A stretch of 64,000 bases of DNA from Vicugna vicugna (lineage: Eukaryota): contig MU058844.1 in assembly GCA_013265495.1 (NCBI GenBank), positions 12,794,184 to 12,858,183 of the forward strand, given 5' to 3'. The first letter of the stretch is position 1; every line of letters begins with the position of its first letter. Positions 51,655 through 64,000 of the stretch are shown piece after piece. The notes beneath the pieces are model-generated. The model searched no databases and was not told the DNA's origin. It was given only the letters and a program-made list of their open reading frames with translations. The position numbers were made by a program, and so were the translations under genes.

Positions 51655-52905
51655 GCTTTATTGAGATATGATTGACATATAATATTGGGTAAGTTTAAGG
51701 TGTACAATGTGATGATTTGATACATTTATATATTATGAAATATTTACCACAGAAAGATTAGTTAACATATCCCTTACCTCATATAATTACCATTTTGTTG
51801 TTCTTGTTATGGTTAAGAACGTTAAAGCTCTACCGTCATAGCAACTTTCAAGTATACAATATGGTGTCGTTAACTGTAGTCACCATGCTGTACATTACAT
51901 CCCCACAACTATTCATCTTATACCTGGAGTTGTACCCTTTCACTAACATCTTCCCATTTCTCCTACCCCCTTAGCCCCTGGCAGCCACCATTCTACTCTC
52001 TTTCTATGAGTTCATTGTTTGTAGATTCCACATATAAGTGAGACCATGCAGGATTTGTCTTTTCTTGTCTGACTTATTTTGCTTAGACCTCAAGGTCCAT
52101 CCATGTTGTTGCAAATTGGAGGATTTCCTTCTTGTTTATGGGCAGAATAATATTCCATTGTACATATATTACACTTTCTTTACCCATTTGTCTGCTGAGG
52201 GACTTTTAGGTGTTTCTATGTCTTAGCTATTGTGAATAATACCACAAATTTAATGTGGGAGTGCAGATATCTCTTCAAGATCATGATTTCATCTTCTTCA
52301 TGCAGAAGTGGAATTGCTGGATCATTTGGTCGCTCTGTTTTAATTTTGGGGAAGCCTTCATGTTTTTTTTCCATTTCTGCTTTCACCAACAGTTCACCGG
52401 AGTTCCCTTTTGTCCATATCCTTGTCAGCGTTCCTTATCTCTTGTCTTTTTGGTTATAGTCATTCTGACTGGTGTGAGACGATATCTCATTGTGGTTTTG
52501 ATTTGCATGTCCCTGATGATTAGTGATGTTGACACCTTTTCATGTACCTGTTGACCATCTATATATCTTTTTGGGAAAATCAAGTCCTCTGCTCATTTTA
52601 AAATCAGACTGTTTCTCTGCCATTGAGTTGTATGAGTTTCCTATGTATTTTGGATATTAACCCCTTATCAGACATACAGTTTGCAAATATTTTTTCCCAT
52701 TCTGTAGGTTGCCTTTTAACATGTTTCTGTTTCAGTGCAGAAGCTTTTGAGTTTTACATAGTCCCACTTGTTTGTTTCTGCTTTTGTCTCTTATGCTTTT
52801 GGTGTCATATCAAAAAAAAAAATCATTGGCAAGACTGATGTCAAGGAGCTTTTTCCTTTTATATTCTTATAAAAGTTTTATAGTTTTAAGTCTTATGTTT
52901 TTCAG
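51655..52905 (-). mobile_element. LINE-1 3' fragment (L1MA9-like)
   Basis: 'tttattgagatatgattgacatata...gtcaccatgctgtacattacatcccca...tggatattaaccccttatcaga'. Confidence 0.88.
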
Positions 52906-53538
52906 GATTTGTGTGAAGATTAGTCATGATATATGGAAGCATGCAGAAAATTCCCTGACCTATTTTTTGTATTTAATAAATGATTGTATGTACAATTCTT
53001 ATTTGGTTTTCCAGATTAAATTTGTAGTTGTACCATCAGTAGTTGTAGAATGCTAAAAGACCAACAGAGTTGAACCTATCAACTCCTAACAAATATTTAT
53101 AGTCCTTTACAGATTGCTTAAATTAATCTGTGCTACTTTATCCAATAACATTTTTGCCTGGTATTGTATTGCTTTCATAGCCAGTTTTTAACTTGGGTGC
53201 ATGGTTTGGTGTTTATGGACATGTTCATTCTTCTATAACTTATTTATCTCCAGTTTTATTTATCTTGAGAACAGTCTGTTAACAACATTAAAGGGTATAT
53301 TTACCTCAGAGGCCATTTTATTCTCTTTTCACTCAATCTTTTGTTGTTTACATATATGCTTCAAATGGTTGTAATTCACCATAGTACCTAAATACTGTAT
53401 TTTGTATTCTAAAAGAAGTTAGTATATCATAGTTTCTATTCCACATTACTTTAGAGTCATCATAACCTTTTTTTAATGGAGTCATGCTTTTCTGTTGAGA
53501 AGACTTCCTGTATTCATAACTGTTCTTCTGTTTTTTAG

Positions 53539-53603
53539 TTGAATGAAGAGGTATACTATATTGGCCTTAAAATATGCTACTTTGAATTTTCTTTCTCTTT
53601 GAG
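53539..53603 (+). other. Candidate internal (5'UTR) exon, 65 nt
   Basis: Acceptor tgttcttctgttttttag| and strong donor GAG|GTAAGT, in repeat-free sequence. Confidence 0.35.
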
Positions 53604-54359
53604 GTAAGTGGGTGGGGAATCAGCTTTTTATAAAGTACATGTTGTTCAAATGCCCTGAATTTTCCTCTTGACTCTATGGATAGCCACTCCATTCTCTATG
53701 ACCTCTACCCTTATTCTTTCATCAACTTTAGTTTGGGGAAGGAAGGGATACTTTAGAAATTTCAGAGGAAGAACAAAACAGTAAACTCTCTCCCACTTCT
53801 TAAATTTTTCTTCCTCTAGGGAAATAGAAAAATAAGTTTATGGTTAATTTTTGAGCAGATAATAATATTGACACAGTGGAAATGATAGAATTTCTTAGTG
53901 GAAACTCAAGATAGGAACCTGCTATTATTGTAACTATTATTGGCCTAGGACCTTGTTCATGTACCTTAACCATATGACATTTTTTCAGGTGTTATAGTTT
54001 GATTTTATTTAGGCATTCTTTTCTCTTTTAAAACTTTAAGAGTTCTAGAATTACATAATTTATGAGCATTCCTTAAGAAGCAGTAAACTTATAGCTCAGT
54101 TACTTAAAAGATATGACCCATTATTAGGAAAGGCAGGGTTATTTGCTCACAAATAAGACACGAAATCATCAGGCTTAAGTGATTCAGTGTGAATAACTAG
54201 TGCATGATGGGAAGGGATCACAATACCACCATGATGGATTTATATCTAAACAGAACCAGACAAATTCATCTTCCAGGAAAGCTGGTATATCTTAAATATG
54301 ATCTCTAATTAATTATGGTATTTCTAAATAGGAAAACCATACATCACTTTTCTCCTTAA

Positions 54360-54985
54360 ATTAAAAAAAATTGGTAAAATACTCATAATATAAAATGTAC
54401 TATCTTAACCATTTTCAGGTTTACTTAAGTACATCCATATTGTGCAACTGTCACCACTATATATCTCCAGGATTCTCTTCTTCTTGCAAAACTGAAATTC
54501 TGTACTCATTAAACAATAACTCCCTATTTCCAATTCCCCCAGCTTGTGGTAACCACCATTCTACTTTGTGTCTTTGATTTTTGACTTCTCGAGACACCTC
54601 ATAGAAGTGAAATCATTCAGTTTTGGGGGGGGCAGTTTGTTTGATGACTGGCTTTTTTCATTTGGCATAATGTCCTCAAGGTTCACATGTGTCATAAATT
54701 TCTTCCTTTTTAAAACTGAATAATATTCCATTGTATGTCCATTCATATATCAATGGACACTACCATGTTTTAGCTGTTGTAAATAATGCTGCTGTGAATA
54801 TGGGTGTGCAGGTATCTTTCCAAGGCTCTACTTTCAGTTATTTCGGGTATATACCCAGAAGTGGAATTGCAAGATCATGTGGTAATTCTGTTTTAATTTT
54901 TTGATGATCCACCCTACTGTTTTCCATAGTGTTTGTGTTGCATTCCCACCAACAGTGCACAAAGGTTCCAGTTTCTCCGTGTTTG
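54360..54985 (-). mobile_element. LINE-1 3' fragment (L1MB-like)
   Basis: 'cttgcaaaactgaaattctgtactcattaaacaataactccc', 'gggtatatacccagaagtggaattgc'. Confidence 0.85.
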
Positions 54986-55699
54986 ATACACACCACTTTT
55001 TAATGCATTTGTTTCAGTAGGCAGAGATACTGGTCTTGTTATTTACACTGCTTTACAGTCATAACATGTTTGCATAATTAGGAGTTGAGTTTTGGCTCCT
55101 GTGAAAACACAAGGTGTGTGTTATGAACAGTTGAGGATATGATCATTCACACGATGTTAAGTGCTGATTTAGTGGGTGTAAGAAAGATTTTGACCTTGTT
55201 GTTGGATTCTTAGAGTATAAGAAATGCTTTTAAGAAGGAAATGGCAGTTAAGTAAGGTGACAGAAAGAAATATTTTGCTCCAACACAAAGAAATATTTCT
55301 ATCCAACACAGTCTTTTGAGAGCTTTCTTGTCCTAGAACAGAGCAACATCAAAATTTTACCTGCTTTCATTGCTTCTCTTCCACTTTACATTATAATGAC
55401 TAGGAGAAGCAGCTACTGAATGAACCTTGGTTCACCAGTAGTTTATTTTCATTTCTTAAAAAGGCATAATTAAATAGCATGTTTAAGTATGGTTTTTAAA
55501 ATCCAAAATACACAAACTTGAATGAAATATACTATTCTTACATTAACTTAATTTTTTTCTTCCATCCTCTCATACTTCCTCCTCAGTCATCTCATTATCA
55601 CTGATGTTATATATATCAGCTATGCAATATGTAGTGCTAATAGAAATATTGAAAAATATATGACTGGTCTCCTGCTTTAGGGCTTATGCATGTTCTCTT

Positions 55700-55900
55700 C
55701 TTGGATTGTGTTTCTTGCCTGTCTTTATTTAGCGAACTACTACTCATCCTTTAGGTCTCAATTTAAAGCATCGTTTCCCATGAGAAGCTTCCCATGACCT
55801 CATGAGGTGATGGACCATGTGTGTTTTGTGAACTTTGATTCTCCAGAAGGTAGCATAATGCCTGATACATATCAGGCACTCATTAATTTGTGTAAATTGG
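55700..55900 (+). mobile_element. LINE-2 3' fragment
   Basis: 'actactactcatcctttaggtctcaatttaaagcatc', 'gcataatgcctgatacatatcaggcactcattaatttg'. Confidence 0.6.
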
Positions 55901-56499
55901 TCGTCATCATGATCTAAATGGGGAAGGCAGGTGGGTAAACAAATATTTAAAAATACAGTGTGATCAGTTCTGTAGTAGAAGCACTTTGCATAGAGGAGGA
56001 AACAACTCTTCACGGAAGGAGAAATGAAGTCTATTTGTTGTAATCTGTTCCTTTTTAGAACTGGTGTGATATGAGGATGTATTTTTCCAGTTCATTCATT
56101 CATTTAAGACCATTTGGTTTATCTGTTTATGCCAGGAAGTTCATAACAAAGATTTTCCAAACAAATTTTCCATATTTTGGGTCTTGCAGCCTTTTGTTCA
56201 AAGTTGTTGTTGCTGAGGTGTTTTATAGGACGGTGTGTGGGAGGTAGGGGAGGGGGAAACTGTGATTCTTGTTTCTGGTGGTTTTTATTAAACTAATAAG
56301 CTCCTTGTATTATCATTTTGATTGTTTCAGTTCTTGAAGCCAAATATTTGAAATTTAGCATTGTCATCTATCTTAGCAAATATGACCTGTTTGTACTGTA
56401 TATATAATGATAAAAGATACTAATTACCATTTTTAAAACAATTGGTGTACCAGGTGATAGAAAAATATAAATGAATGAATACATTAATAAATAGATAAT

Positions 56500-57315
56500 A
56501 TTTCTTTGTTGGAAAGTTTTTATTATGGATTCAATAGGACTATTTTGATTTTCTGTTTCTTCTTGCAGAAGTTTCAGTAAGTTGAACTTTTCTAAGAATT
56601 TGTCCATATAAATTTTCAAATTTGTTGGCATGGAGGTATTTATAATTTCCTTTTAGGATTTTTTCAATGTTTGGAGGATTTATTGTGATGTCTTTATCAG
56701 TGATAATATTGGCTACTTCTGCGGTTTTTTTTCCCCTTGTGTAGTCTTATCTAGCATTCATTAATTTTATTCTTTCAAAGAATTTTTAACTGTTGATTTT
56801 CTTTTTTGTATTTTAGTTTTCCCTGTCATTTATTCCTGCTCTTTTTTCTTTTCTTTACTTTCTTAGGTTTAATTTGCTCCTCTTTCACATTTTTTTTGAA
56901 AGAGATGATTAGTTCTTTAGTTTTCAAACTTTTATAGCTGTAACTTTTCTCCGTATATCTCAAGTTTTGATAAATAGTGTTTTTATTATCATTTAGTTAA
57001 AAATTTAATTTTCCTTCTTGCTTCCTAATTGCCACTGTGATTACTTCTTTAATTCATCGGTTGTTTAGAGGTGTATTTCTAAATTTCAAAATACATAGAG
57101 ATTTTCTAGTTATCTTTTTGTTGGTGATTTCTAGCTTAATTGCATTGTGGTCAGAGATCAGTCTGTATGTTTTCAGCCTTTTGTAAGTTATTTGAGACTT
57201 GCTTTTTAGCCCAGCATATGTATATTTGAAAACAATACATTACAGTTGCGTGCAGTGACATTTATAGGTGAGTTATTCAAGTTTTTAAATCCATTGTTCA
57301 AAGCTTCTGTATTCC
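56500..57315 (-). mobile_element. Old LINE-1 ORF2 fragment
   Basis: 'ttctaagaatttgtccatataaattttcaaatttgttggcat', 'atttctagcttaattgcattgtggtcagaga'; minus-strand ORF MDKFLEKFNLLKLLQEETENQNSPI is ORF2-like. Confidence 0.75.
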
Positions 57316-57344
57316 TTGATTTGATTTGATTTGATTTGATTTTT

Positions 57345-57620
57345 TCAGTACTTAATTTGTCCCTTCTTTGGCTCTTGGTAGCCCCTTCAAGTTGGCTCCT
57401 GAGTCTTTATTATATTACTCTAATAGTTTTTGATAGCTTTTTTGCTCTCTGGAATACAGGATCTAGGCTTATCTTGTATATTTGTTGTCTTAGATTTGGA
57501 ATATGCCATTTCTTCAAGAAGCCCTGGTGTCTTAATGAGAAATGTTATTTAGAGATCACAGACTGGGTGCTGGGGTCTAATTGCTGCTGGGTTGGTTATT
57601 GTTTCTATGGGCTAGTTTGC
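57345..57620 (-). mobile_element. L1MC4/5-like 3'UTR fragment
   Basis: 'gccccttcaagttggctcctgagtc', 'gccatttcttcaagaagccctgg'. Confidence 0.65.
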
Positions 57621-58687
57621 TATTTCTTTTAAAACACATGGAGCTACATAGTTTACTTTGGAATGATTTTTTTTCTTCTCTTAAGGTTTTGAAAGTATGA
57701 AGGCATAGTAAAACCTTACTTAATTACTTAATGCAGCTCTCTGTAGGTTGGCTTGATGATCTTTAAGGAAACTTTTATAACTTCAAGTGAGTTATGTTCT
57801 ATTCAGTAATAAATAATTTCCTCTCTGTTTCCAACTCTGCAAAATGTCCAGTGTTTTATATATATGATAGAATCTTGCTGTAACCAAAGTTTATTTTCAA
57901 ACTTGGAAATTACTTTTCTAATCCATTCCTTTTCCACACGCATTTTTTTAAAAAAAATTATAATCTGTATAGTAATTTGATACTACTTTAGTTCTTTCTT
58001 ACTTTATTTTTTTGTAGAATTATATATCCATTGGAAGATAATGTAAACTAGTTTTGTTTGTGATTAACTCTAAGAAGCAAAAAACGAATCTAAAAAAGTA
58101 TAAACCTAAATTTACAATAGACTGAATAAGAAAGCCCTTTAGATTATAAATGTTTATGAAAGGTTCTGTATTAATTAATAGTTAGGTTTATTTATATATT
58201 TTATTTCTGGTAGTTAATTTTTTTTTTAATGTAAAGGGACTTTTCAAGGGTTTTGTGGGGGATACTGTAAGTCTACCACCTCCAGAAGTATGGGTTTAAT
58301 ATCCTTATGTGATGCTGAAGATAATATCATGCAATCCCTTTGTCATAAGGCTCATTATGTAGTAGCATATTAGTCAGTAATTTTGCTTTCTTTCAGCTAG
58401 GACAGGAATGATGTTTTATTTTCTATGTGTCCAAAATCTAGAATAGTGCCTTCTATGTGACAGGAGGTAAATAAATATTTGATGAATGTGTTTTGAGCCC
58501 TACCAAGGACATGTAACTGATGGTGAAGTAACAGTAGATATTAAGAGTTTATAAACCATAAATTTTATAAATTACATTTATGTTAGTGGTTAGTTCAGAG
58601 ATAATGAGAAATGGGATTTGTTTTGTAACTTGACAGAAATTTGGTAGTAATGATTTCCTGATTTTCACTGCACTTAGACTAACACTG

Positions 58688-59408
58688 TGGTTTTCCTCTG
58701 GGCAAAGTGCTTACAGTATCATTTTGGCTGGACTCTGTGTATTCAGACACCAGTCACAAGTCCATGTTGTTACCTGTACTTCTGACTGACTGGCTGTAAA
58801 TCATCCTTGGGTTTGATTAATTTGCTAGAATGGCTCACAGAACTCTGTTTATCACTAGATTAGTGATATTTTATGGATATTAAAGGATACGAATCCCAGC
58901 CAGATGAAGAGATACATAGGGCAAAGTCCTTGACAAAGGAGTTTCTTCTGTCCTTGTGGAGTTTGGGGCTCAGCATGATGGCATTGGCAAGAGGCTGGTT
59001 CCCAGATGTGGAAGCTCGCTGAGAAAAAAGGGGACCCCAAAGCTGCCCTTTTGGGTATTTTTGGAGGCTTTATTACATAGTCATGATTGGGTAAATCTTT
59101 GGCCAATGATGACTGATTCAACTTCAAGCTCCTCTCTCCTCCCTGGAAATCAGGGGTAGAACTGAAGGTTCCAAACTTGTAATCATTTGGTTCTGACAGC
59201 TAGTCCCTACACTTGAGCGGGATCCAAAAGTTACCTTCCCTGAAGAGTTTTCAGGAACTGAGAACAAGATATCAAGTATCATCCCATTAAAATTTGAAGG
59301 GTTATGGGAGCCAGGAATTGTGGATGAAGACCAAATATACCTGAAATATATACGTTTGATCACCTGAAAGACCAAATTTACATATTTCTTATAAATCACA
59401 GTATCACC
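58688..59408 (-). mobile_element. MER21-like LTR
   Basis: 'ttcagacaccagtcacaagtcc...tgtacttctgactgactggct...ttgattaatttgctagaatggctcacagaactc', end 'tttcttataaatcacagtatcac'. Confidence 0.75.
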
Positions 59409-59951
59409 GCTGTCTACATATATGTCTATATATGTGCAATATAGCACATCTAGTTGAAGTGTTTAATGAATTTGCCAAATCAGAGATGTAAAAAATATTT
59501 GGACACCTTTCTAGTTATAATTTAAGTAATTTATTGGGCTTTAATGTATTGCCAAGCAGTCTGTAGATAAATGCAAACTAGATTATAATAATGTTGTAAA
59601 ATAGACACATATAGGCACACTGTATTTATGAAGTAAGGTACGTTTAATGAGGGTTTTTTGGGGGAGAGAACAGTGCTTGGGAATACCTACATATCTACAT
59701 ACTTCAGAGAAATCCTGGTAAGGGAGGTCTAGATTTTTTTTTCGTCTCTTTCACCTTTATATCCTTAAGCAGTTTACTATGCCTTTCCCTCTTCTAGGAG
59801 CTGGTCTGACTACTTTAGCCTGTTTCTTCTGTCTCCCTGATCGCATGTCTTCCTCATCCACCGCCTAGTGGGATAATTTGCCCTGCACATTCCTATATGT
59901 CTTTCCCATGGCCCATTCCAGCTTTTTGCTTGCTTCCCAGTCTTCTGTTAC

Positions 59952-59972
59952 CATCATCATCATCATCATCAT
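59952..59972. repeat. (CAT)7 microsatellite
   Basis: Directly visible. Confidence 0.85.
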
Positions 59973-61369
59973 TGTTGTTATTATTTTTAGAAGGAAAAAA
60001 TTTTAATCATAGGTGCCAAAATATTAATATGCTTTATGATAGATACATACTACACTATTTTACAGTAATTTTGATGAAAGCCATTTGGATAGACAGACTG
60101 CTTTAATAAAGCAGTATGTATATGTGTATGTGTATATGTGTGTATTTTTTTTCCCCCAAAGTTCTTATGAGTAGGATGTTGGTGCTAGCTTGTTTTTCGG
60201 AACCTGTCACATTTGTATTATTAATTTCTCATTATATTAGGCTTTCCTCTAGGGTTTAGTATAGTGTAAATACTGTAGATTAGTTCAGACTAGATAGACC
60301 AAATTACTCTTATTTGCAATCTGATTTTTTAATCAAATTAGCAGCAAGTAAGATTAAGATTATTGCATTTAATCCTAGTTTCCAGCAATAAGAATGTAGT
60401 ATTATTCTTTAGAAATATGGTGTGTACATTGGTATGTATTTATGCTTTTGAGAATCTTTGTTTTTGTAACTTATGCATTTAACAAAACAAAACAAAAAAC
60501 TGGGGTAGCCTGTGAAATAGGAAGCCACCAACTAATCATACACAACTTGTAACTGCCTTCAGATAAGGCAGCCATCATTCAATACAGCATCATGAGGTTG
60601 TTATGTTTAAATGACATGTGTTAAAGCTATTAACCTTGCTTGGTAGATGCTCCTTTCTTCCCTCTCTGACTGAAATTCAAGCCCCAAGTAGGGAAGATTT
60701 TCTTAAAAATTCTTTCTCTAGGAACTTTGTTAATTTAAGTGTAGACCGGGAGGCACCAACCAGTTCCCCAAACAATGTCTAGAGTGCTGATAACAAAAGG
60801 AACAAAAGAGGGAACGTAGTCTTCTTTCAGCTTTGAATTCAGCTAGTAATTATGTTTAAATTAGGATGCAGGCCCAGCCTTAGCTTGGCAATTTGGAGAA
60901 AGGAGTCTTCAGGATTGTGATGCACTGTACTCTTTTATAAAAAGCTATTAGACATTCTCTTTGGTTATAGAAGCAACACATATTCTTTTCAAAAAGTTAA
61001 ATAGGAGACTGCCTTTCTTCTCTTCAGGCCTCCTCCCTAAGGCCTAATACCATTAAGTGTGTGTTTAATTACTGTTTTAACTTTAAAAAATATACTTTTC
61101 TATTCCCAGATTTATTATCATTTAATCGTCTTTTGCTTTGAACTCCAAAAGACGGGGAAATTAGTATGCTTATACTTGGAACTTCCAGTCAGTCACTCTC
61201 TCCCTCTAGGATTTTTTGTTACATTTTTAGTTCTAGGCTTTGGCTTCAAAGAAGATACTAGAAACTTGTTTCTTGACATATTAGTAGTGTCTTATCTTAA
61301 CTCCTTATTTTCAACAGTGAGGAATTTAGGGCACTTATCTTTCTTTTCCTGCTTCCTTTTAAAAATTAA

Positions 61370-62022
61370 AAAGTTTTATTGGAGTATAGGTGATTTACAA
61401 TATTATATTAGTTTCAGGTGTACAGCATAGTGATTCAATATTTCTATAAATTATACTCCACTATAGGTTATTACAAAATAATGGCTATAATTCTCCATGT
61501 GATACAGTATATCCTTCTTGTGTATCTATTTTATACATAGTACTTTGTATCTGTTAATCCTATACCCCTGATTTGTCCCTCCTCCCTTCACTCTCTCCTT
61601 TGGTAGCCACGAGTTGTTTTTTATATCTGTGAGTCTGTTTCTGTTTTGCATAAACATTCATTTGTATTATTTTTTAGATTCCACCTATAAGGATACCATA
61701 CAGTATTTATCTTTGTCTTTCTGACTTATTTCGATAAGCATAATGTTCTCTAGGTCCATCCACATTGCTGCAAATGGCAGGATTTTATCCTTTTTGTGGC
61801 TGAGTAGTATTCTATTGTATATATATGCCACACCTTCTTAATCCAGTTATCTATTGATGGACACTTGGTTTGCTTCCATATCTTGGCTGTTGTAAGTAGT
61901 GCTGCTATGAACATTGGGGTACATGTATCTCTTCAAATTAGTGTTTTCCTTTTTCCCAAGTATACACCCAGGAGTGGAATTGCTGAATCATATGATAGTT
62001 CTATTTTTAGTTTTTTGAAGAC
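61370..62022 (-). mobile_element. LINE-1 3' fragment (cetartiodactyl-type 3'UTR)
   Basis: 'ttttattggagtataggtgatttacaatattatattagtttcaggtgtacagcatagtgattca'; flanking direct repeat cttttaaaaattaa at 61356-61369 and 62029-62042. Confidence 0.88.
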
Positions 62023-62462
62023 TGTTCTCTTTTAAAAATTAATCATGTTATGATTTGATTTTTACTCTGTGTTTGTATTTTTTGTTTTTTTATTTGTTTG
62101 TTTTCATATTCCAGTGTGATTTATTCCAGAAATGCAGTACCAACATAGGCAACTGGCAGGGGAACATTTGGTGATTACTATAAAACCTCATGTCTGTCAA
62201 AGTCCACATGTCTGTTGATTGCATTCAGAAGAATGGCCTTTTTCTGTATCTCTTCTGCCTTCCAAATACTGTGCAAATGCATTGGCTGAATGTAAATCAC
62301 ATACAGAATCCCAGGGGCAAAAGATGTTTGCAAAATAAAGTTCTCATACTCCTAGCTTCTGTGATACAGAGGAGAGCACAGAAGGCGATGGCAATGAATG
62401 ATAAGATAAATACATCTGTCTCTATATTTATTTGGGTAAGATATGAATACACACGTACATAT

Positions 62463-62896
62463 TGTATTAATCAAGATTCTCCAGAGAAACAGAACCAATA
62501 GCGTATATGCATATACAGAGAGAGAGGAGAAGAAAGAGAGGGATTTATTTTAAGAAATTGACTCATGTGATTGTGTGTGTGCAAGCCTGGAATTTGCAGG
62601 ACAGGCTGACAAGCTGGAAACCTAGAGAAGAGTGATATTGAAGTCTTGAGTCCAAAGGCAGTCTAGAGGCAGAATTCCTTCTTTGGAGGACTTCAGTCTT
62701 TTTCTCTTAAGGCTTTCATCTGATTGTTGAAGCTCATTTACTTTGTGGATGATAATCTGCTTTAGTCAAATTCTTTTGATTTACACATTAATAACATCTG
62801 AAAAATACCTTCACAGCAACATCTAGACTGATGTGTTTGTCCAAACAACTGAGTACCATAGCTTGGCTAAGTTGACATATAAAGTTAACCATTATA
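62463..62896 (-). mobile_element. MLT2 (ERVL) 3' LTR
   Basis: 'tgtattaatcaagattctccagagaaacagaaccaatag...gttgacatataaagttaaccattata', followed by internal sequence 'gtccaccccttgtcaa'. Confidence 0.85.
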
Positions 62897-62945
62897 GTCC
62901 ACCCCTTGTCAAATTGGCACCCTTACACATTTCCTTAACCCTACT

Positions 62946-63333
62946 TTTTTGGGCTGAATTATGTCTCCCCCAAATTCATATTTTATAGTTCTAACCCCCA
63001 GTACCTCTGAAAATAACTGTATTTGGAGATAGAGTCTTTAAAGAGATAGTTAAATTCAATTGGGATCATTAAGTTGGGTCCTAATTCAGTATTACTGATG
63101 ACCTTATAAGAGGAGGAAATTTGGACACAGACATGTATAGAAGGGAGACTGTGTGAAGACAAAAGGAGAAGACAGCCATCTAAAAGCCAAGGAGAGAGGC
63201 CTTAGAAGAAACCAGCCCTGCTGACACCTTATCTCAGATGTTTAGCCTCCAGAATTGTGAGAAAATAGATTTCTGTGGTTTAAACCACTCGGTCTGTGAT
63301 GCTTTCTTATGGCAGCCTTAGCAAACTAGTACA
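62946..63333 (+). mobile_element. MLT1A/B LTR
   Basis: 'tgggctgaattatgtctcccccaaattcatat...gaagaaaccagccctgctgacacctt...tatggcagccttagcaaactagtaca'. Confidence 0.88.
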
Positions 63334-63862
63334 GTATTTAATCTCCAAATAAAGAGAGATTCCACCTAATGTGACACAACTATTCTACATACAATGCACT
63401 AACTCTTTCCCCAAAAGGGAATGCAAAGTCTTTGGGCAATGTTCATTCTTCCTGATATCTTATAATTTAAACATTGATGAAAACTTAACAGTGATTAAAT
63501 ACTGTGTTGTAAGGTAAGTATATCTTATGTTATATGACAAGGGAATGAGAGAGGGAAGAAAACAGGTATTTGATAAATACACACACCAACATATTCATAA
63601 TAAAATTAGGAAGAAGAATCCTCATAACAATCATAGTTCTCATTTCTGTAACTGGTCTTGTAGTGATAGCTGATATTTATATATGCCTTCTTCCACTACC
63701 CGTTCCATATTCCCTTTGCCCTCAGCAAGCACCTCAGATAGCCATAGTTCTTTACCTAGAGAGGTGACCTAAATCTTTTTTCCATATGTGTTTGGGTCAT
63801 TAGTAGTACTACCTAGGTTGGATTATTGAAGCTTTCCATTGATTTTAATCACAAGGCATGGT

Positions 63863-63917
63863 TGACACAACATTGTAAAATGACTATAACTCAATAAAAA
63901 AAAAAGTTAAAAAAAAG
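63863..63917 (+). mobile_element. Extremely truncated young L1 3' tail
   Basis: 'tgacacaacattgtaaaatgactataactcaataaaaaa'; 9-bp TSD aggcatggt at 63854-63862 and 63918-63926. Confidence 0.8.
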
Positions 63918-64000
63918 AGGCATGGTAGTACTAAGAGATGCCCTTGATGCCCTTAGGCATCTCCAGTAACCAGACATATGCATTTTTTACCACCATTGTG

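Larger units (their letters stand above)
62897..64000 (-). mobile_element. ERVL internal sequence (3' end), interrupted by MLT1 and an L1 tail
   Basis: Purine-tract junction next to the LTR; 'gttctcatttctgtaactggtc', 'ttccactacccgttccatattccctttgccctcagcaagcacctcag' resemble the ERVL pol/dUTPase end. Confidence 0.65.

Noticed and set aside
1..64000. CRISPR array, operon or other prokaryote-type system; a specific gene name for the promoter
   Set aside because: The sequence is clearly mammalian with no regularly spaced repeats, and no coding exon is present from which to identify the gene

Overview
Mammalian nuclear DNA, very likely camelid (camel, alpaca or vicuna). The evidence is two tRNA-Ala-derived SINEs resembling vic-1 and several young L1 3' tails. 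No protein-coding exon can be supported; the ORF track is chance ORFs plus decayed L1 ORF2 pieces. The central feature is a CpG-island promoter (~27.3-28.6 kb) with a probable non-coding first exon of a + strand gene, ending at a CCG|GTGAGT donor at 28107. Most of the following 36 kb then reads as that gene's intron, with one good candidate UTR exon at 53539-53603. I could not identify the gene. The rest is interspersed repeats (L1, L2, MIR, MaLR/ERVL/ERV1 LTRs, hAT and mariner relics), named by eye from recalled consensus sequences with approximate boundaries unless TSDs are given. I found no convincing new biological system. The most notable observations are a short L1 insertion carrying an apparent 3' transduction, a divergent pair of strong CTCF motifs, an intact solo LTR with a 4-bp TSD just upstream of the promoter, and a promoter G-quadruplex motif next to an E-box/CRE cluster.
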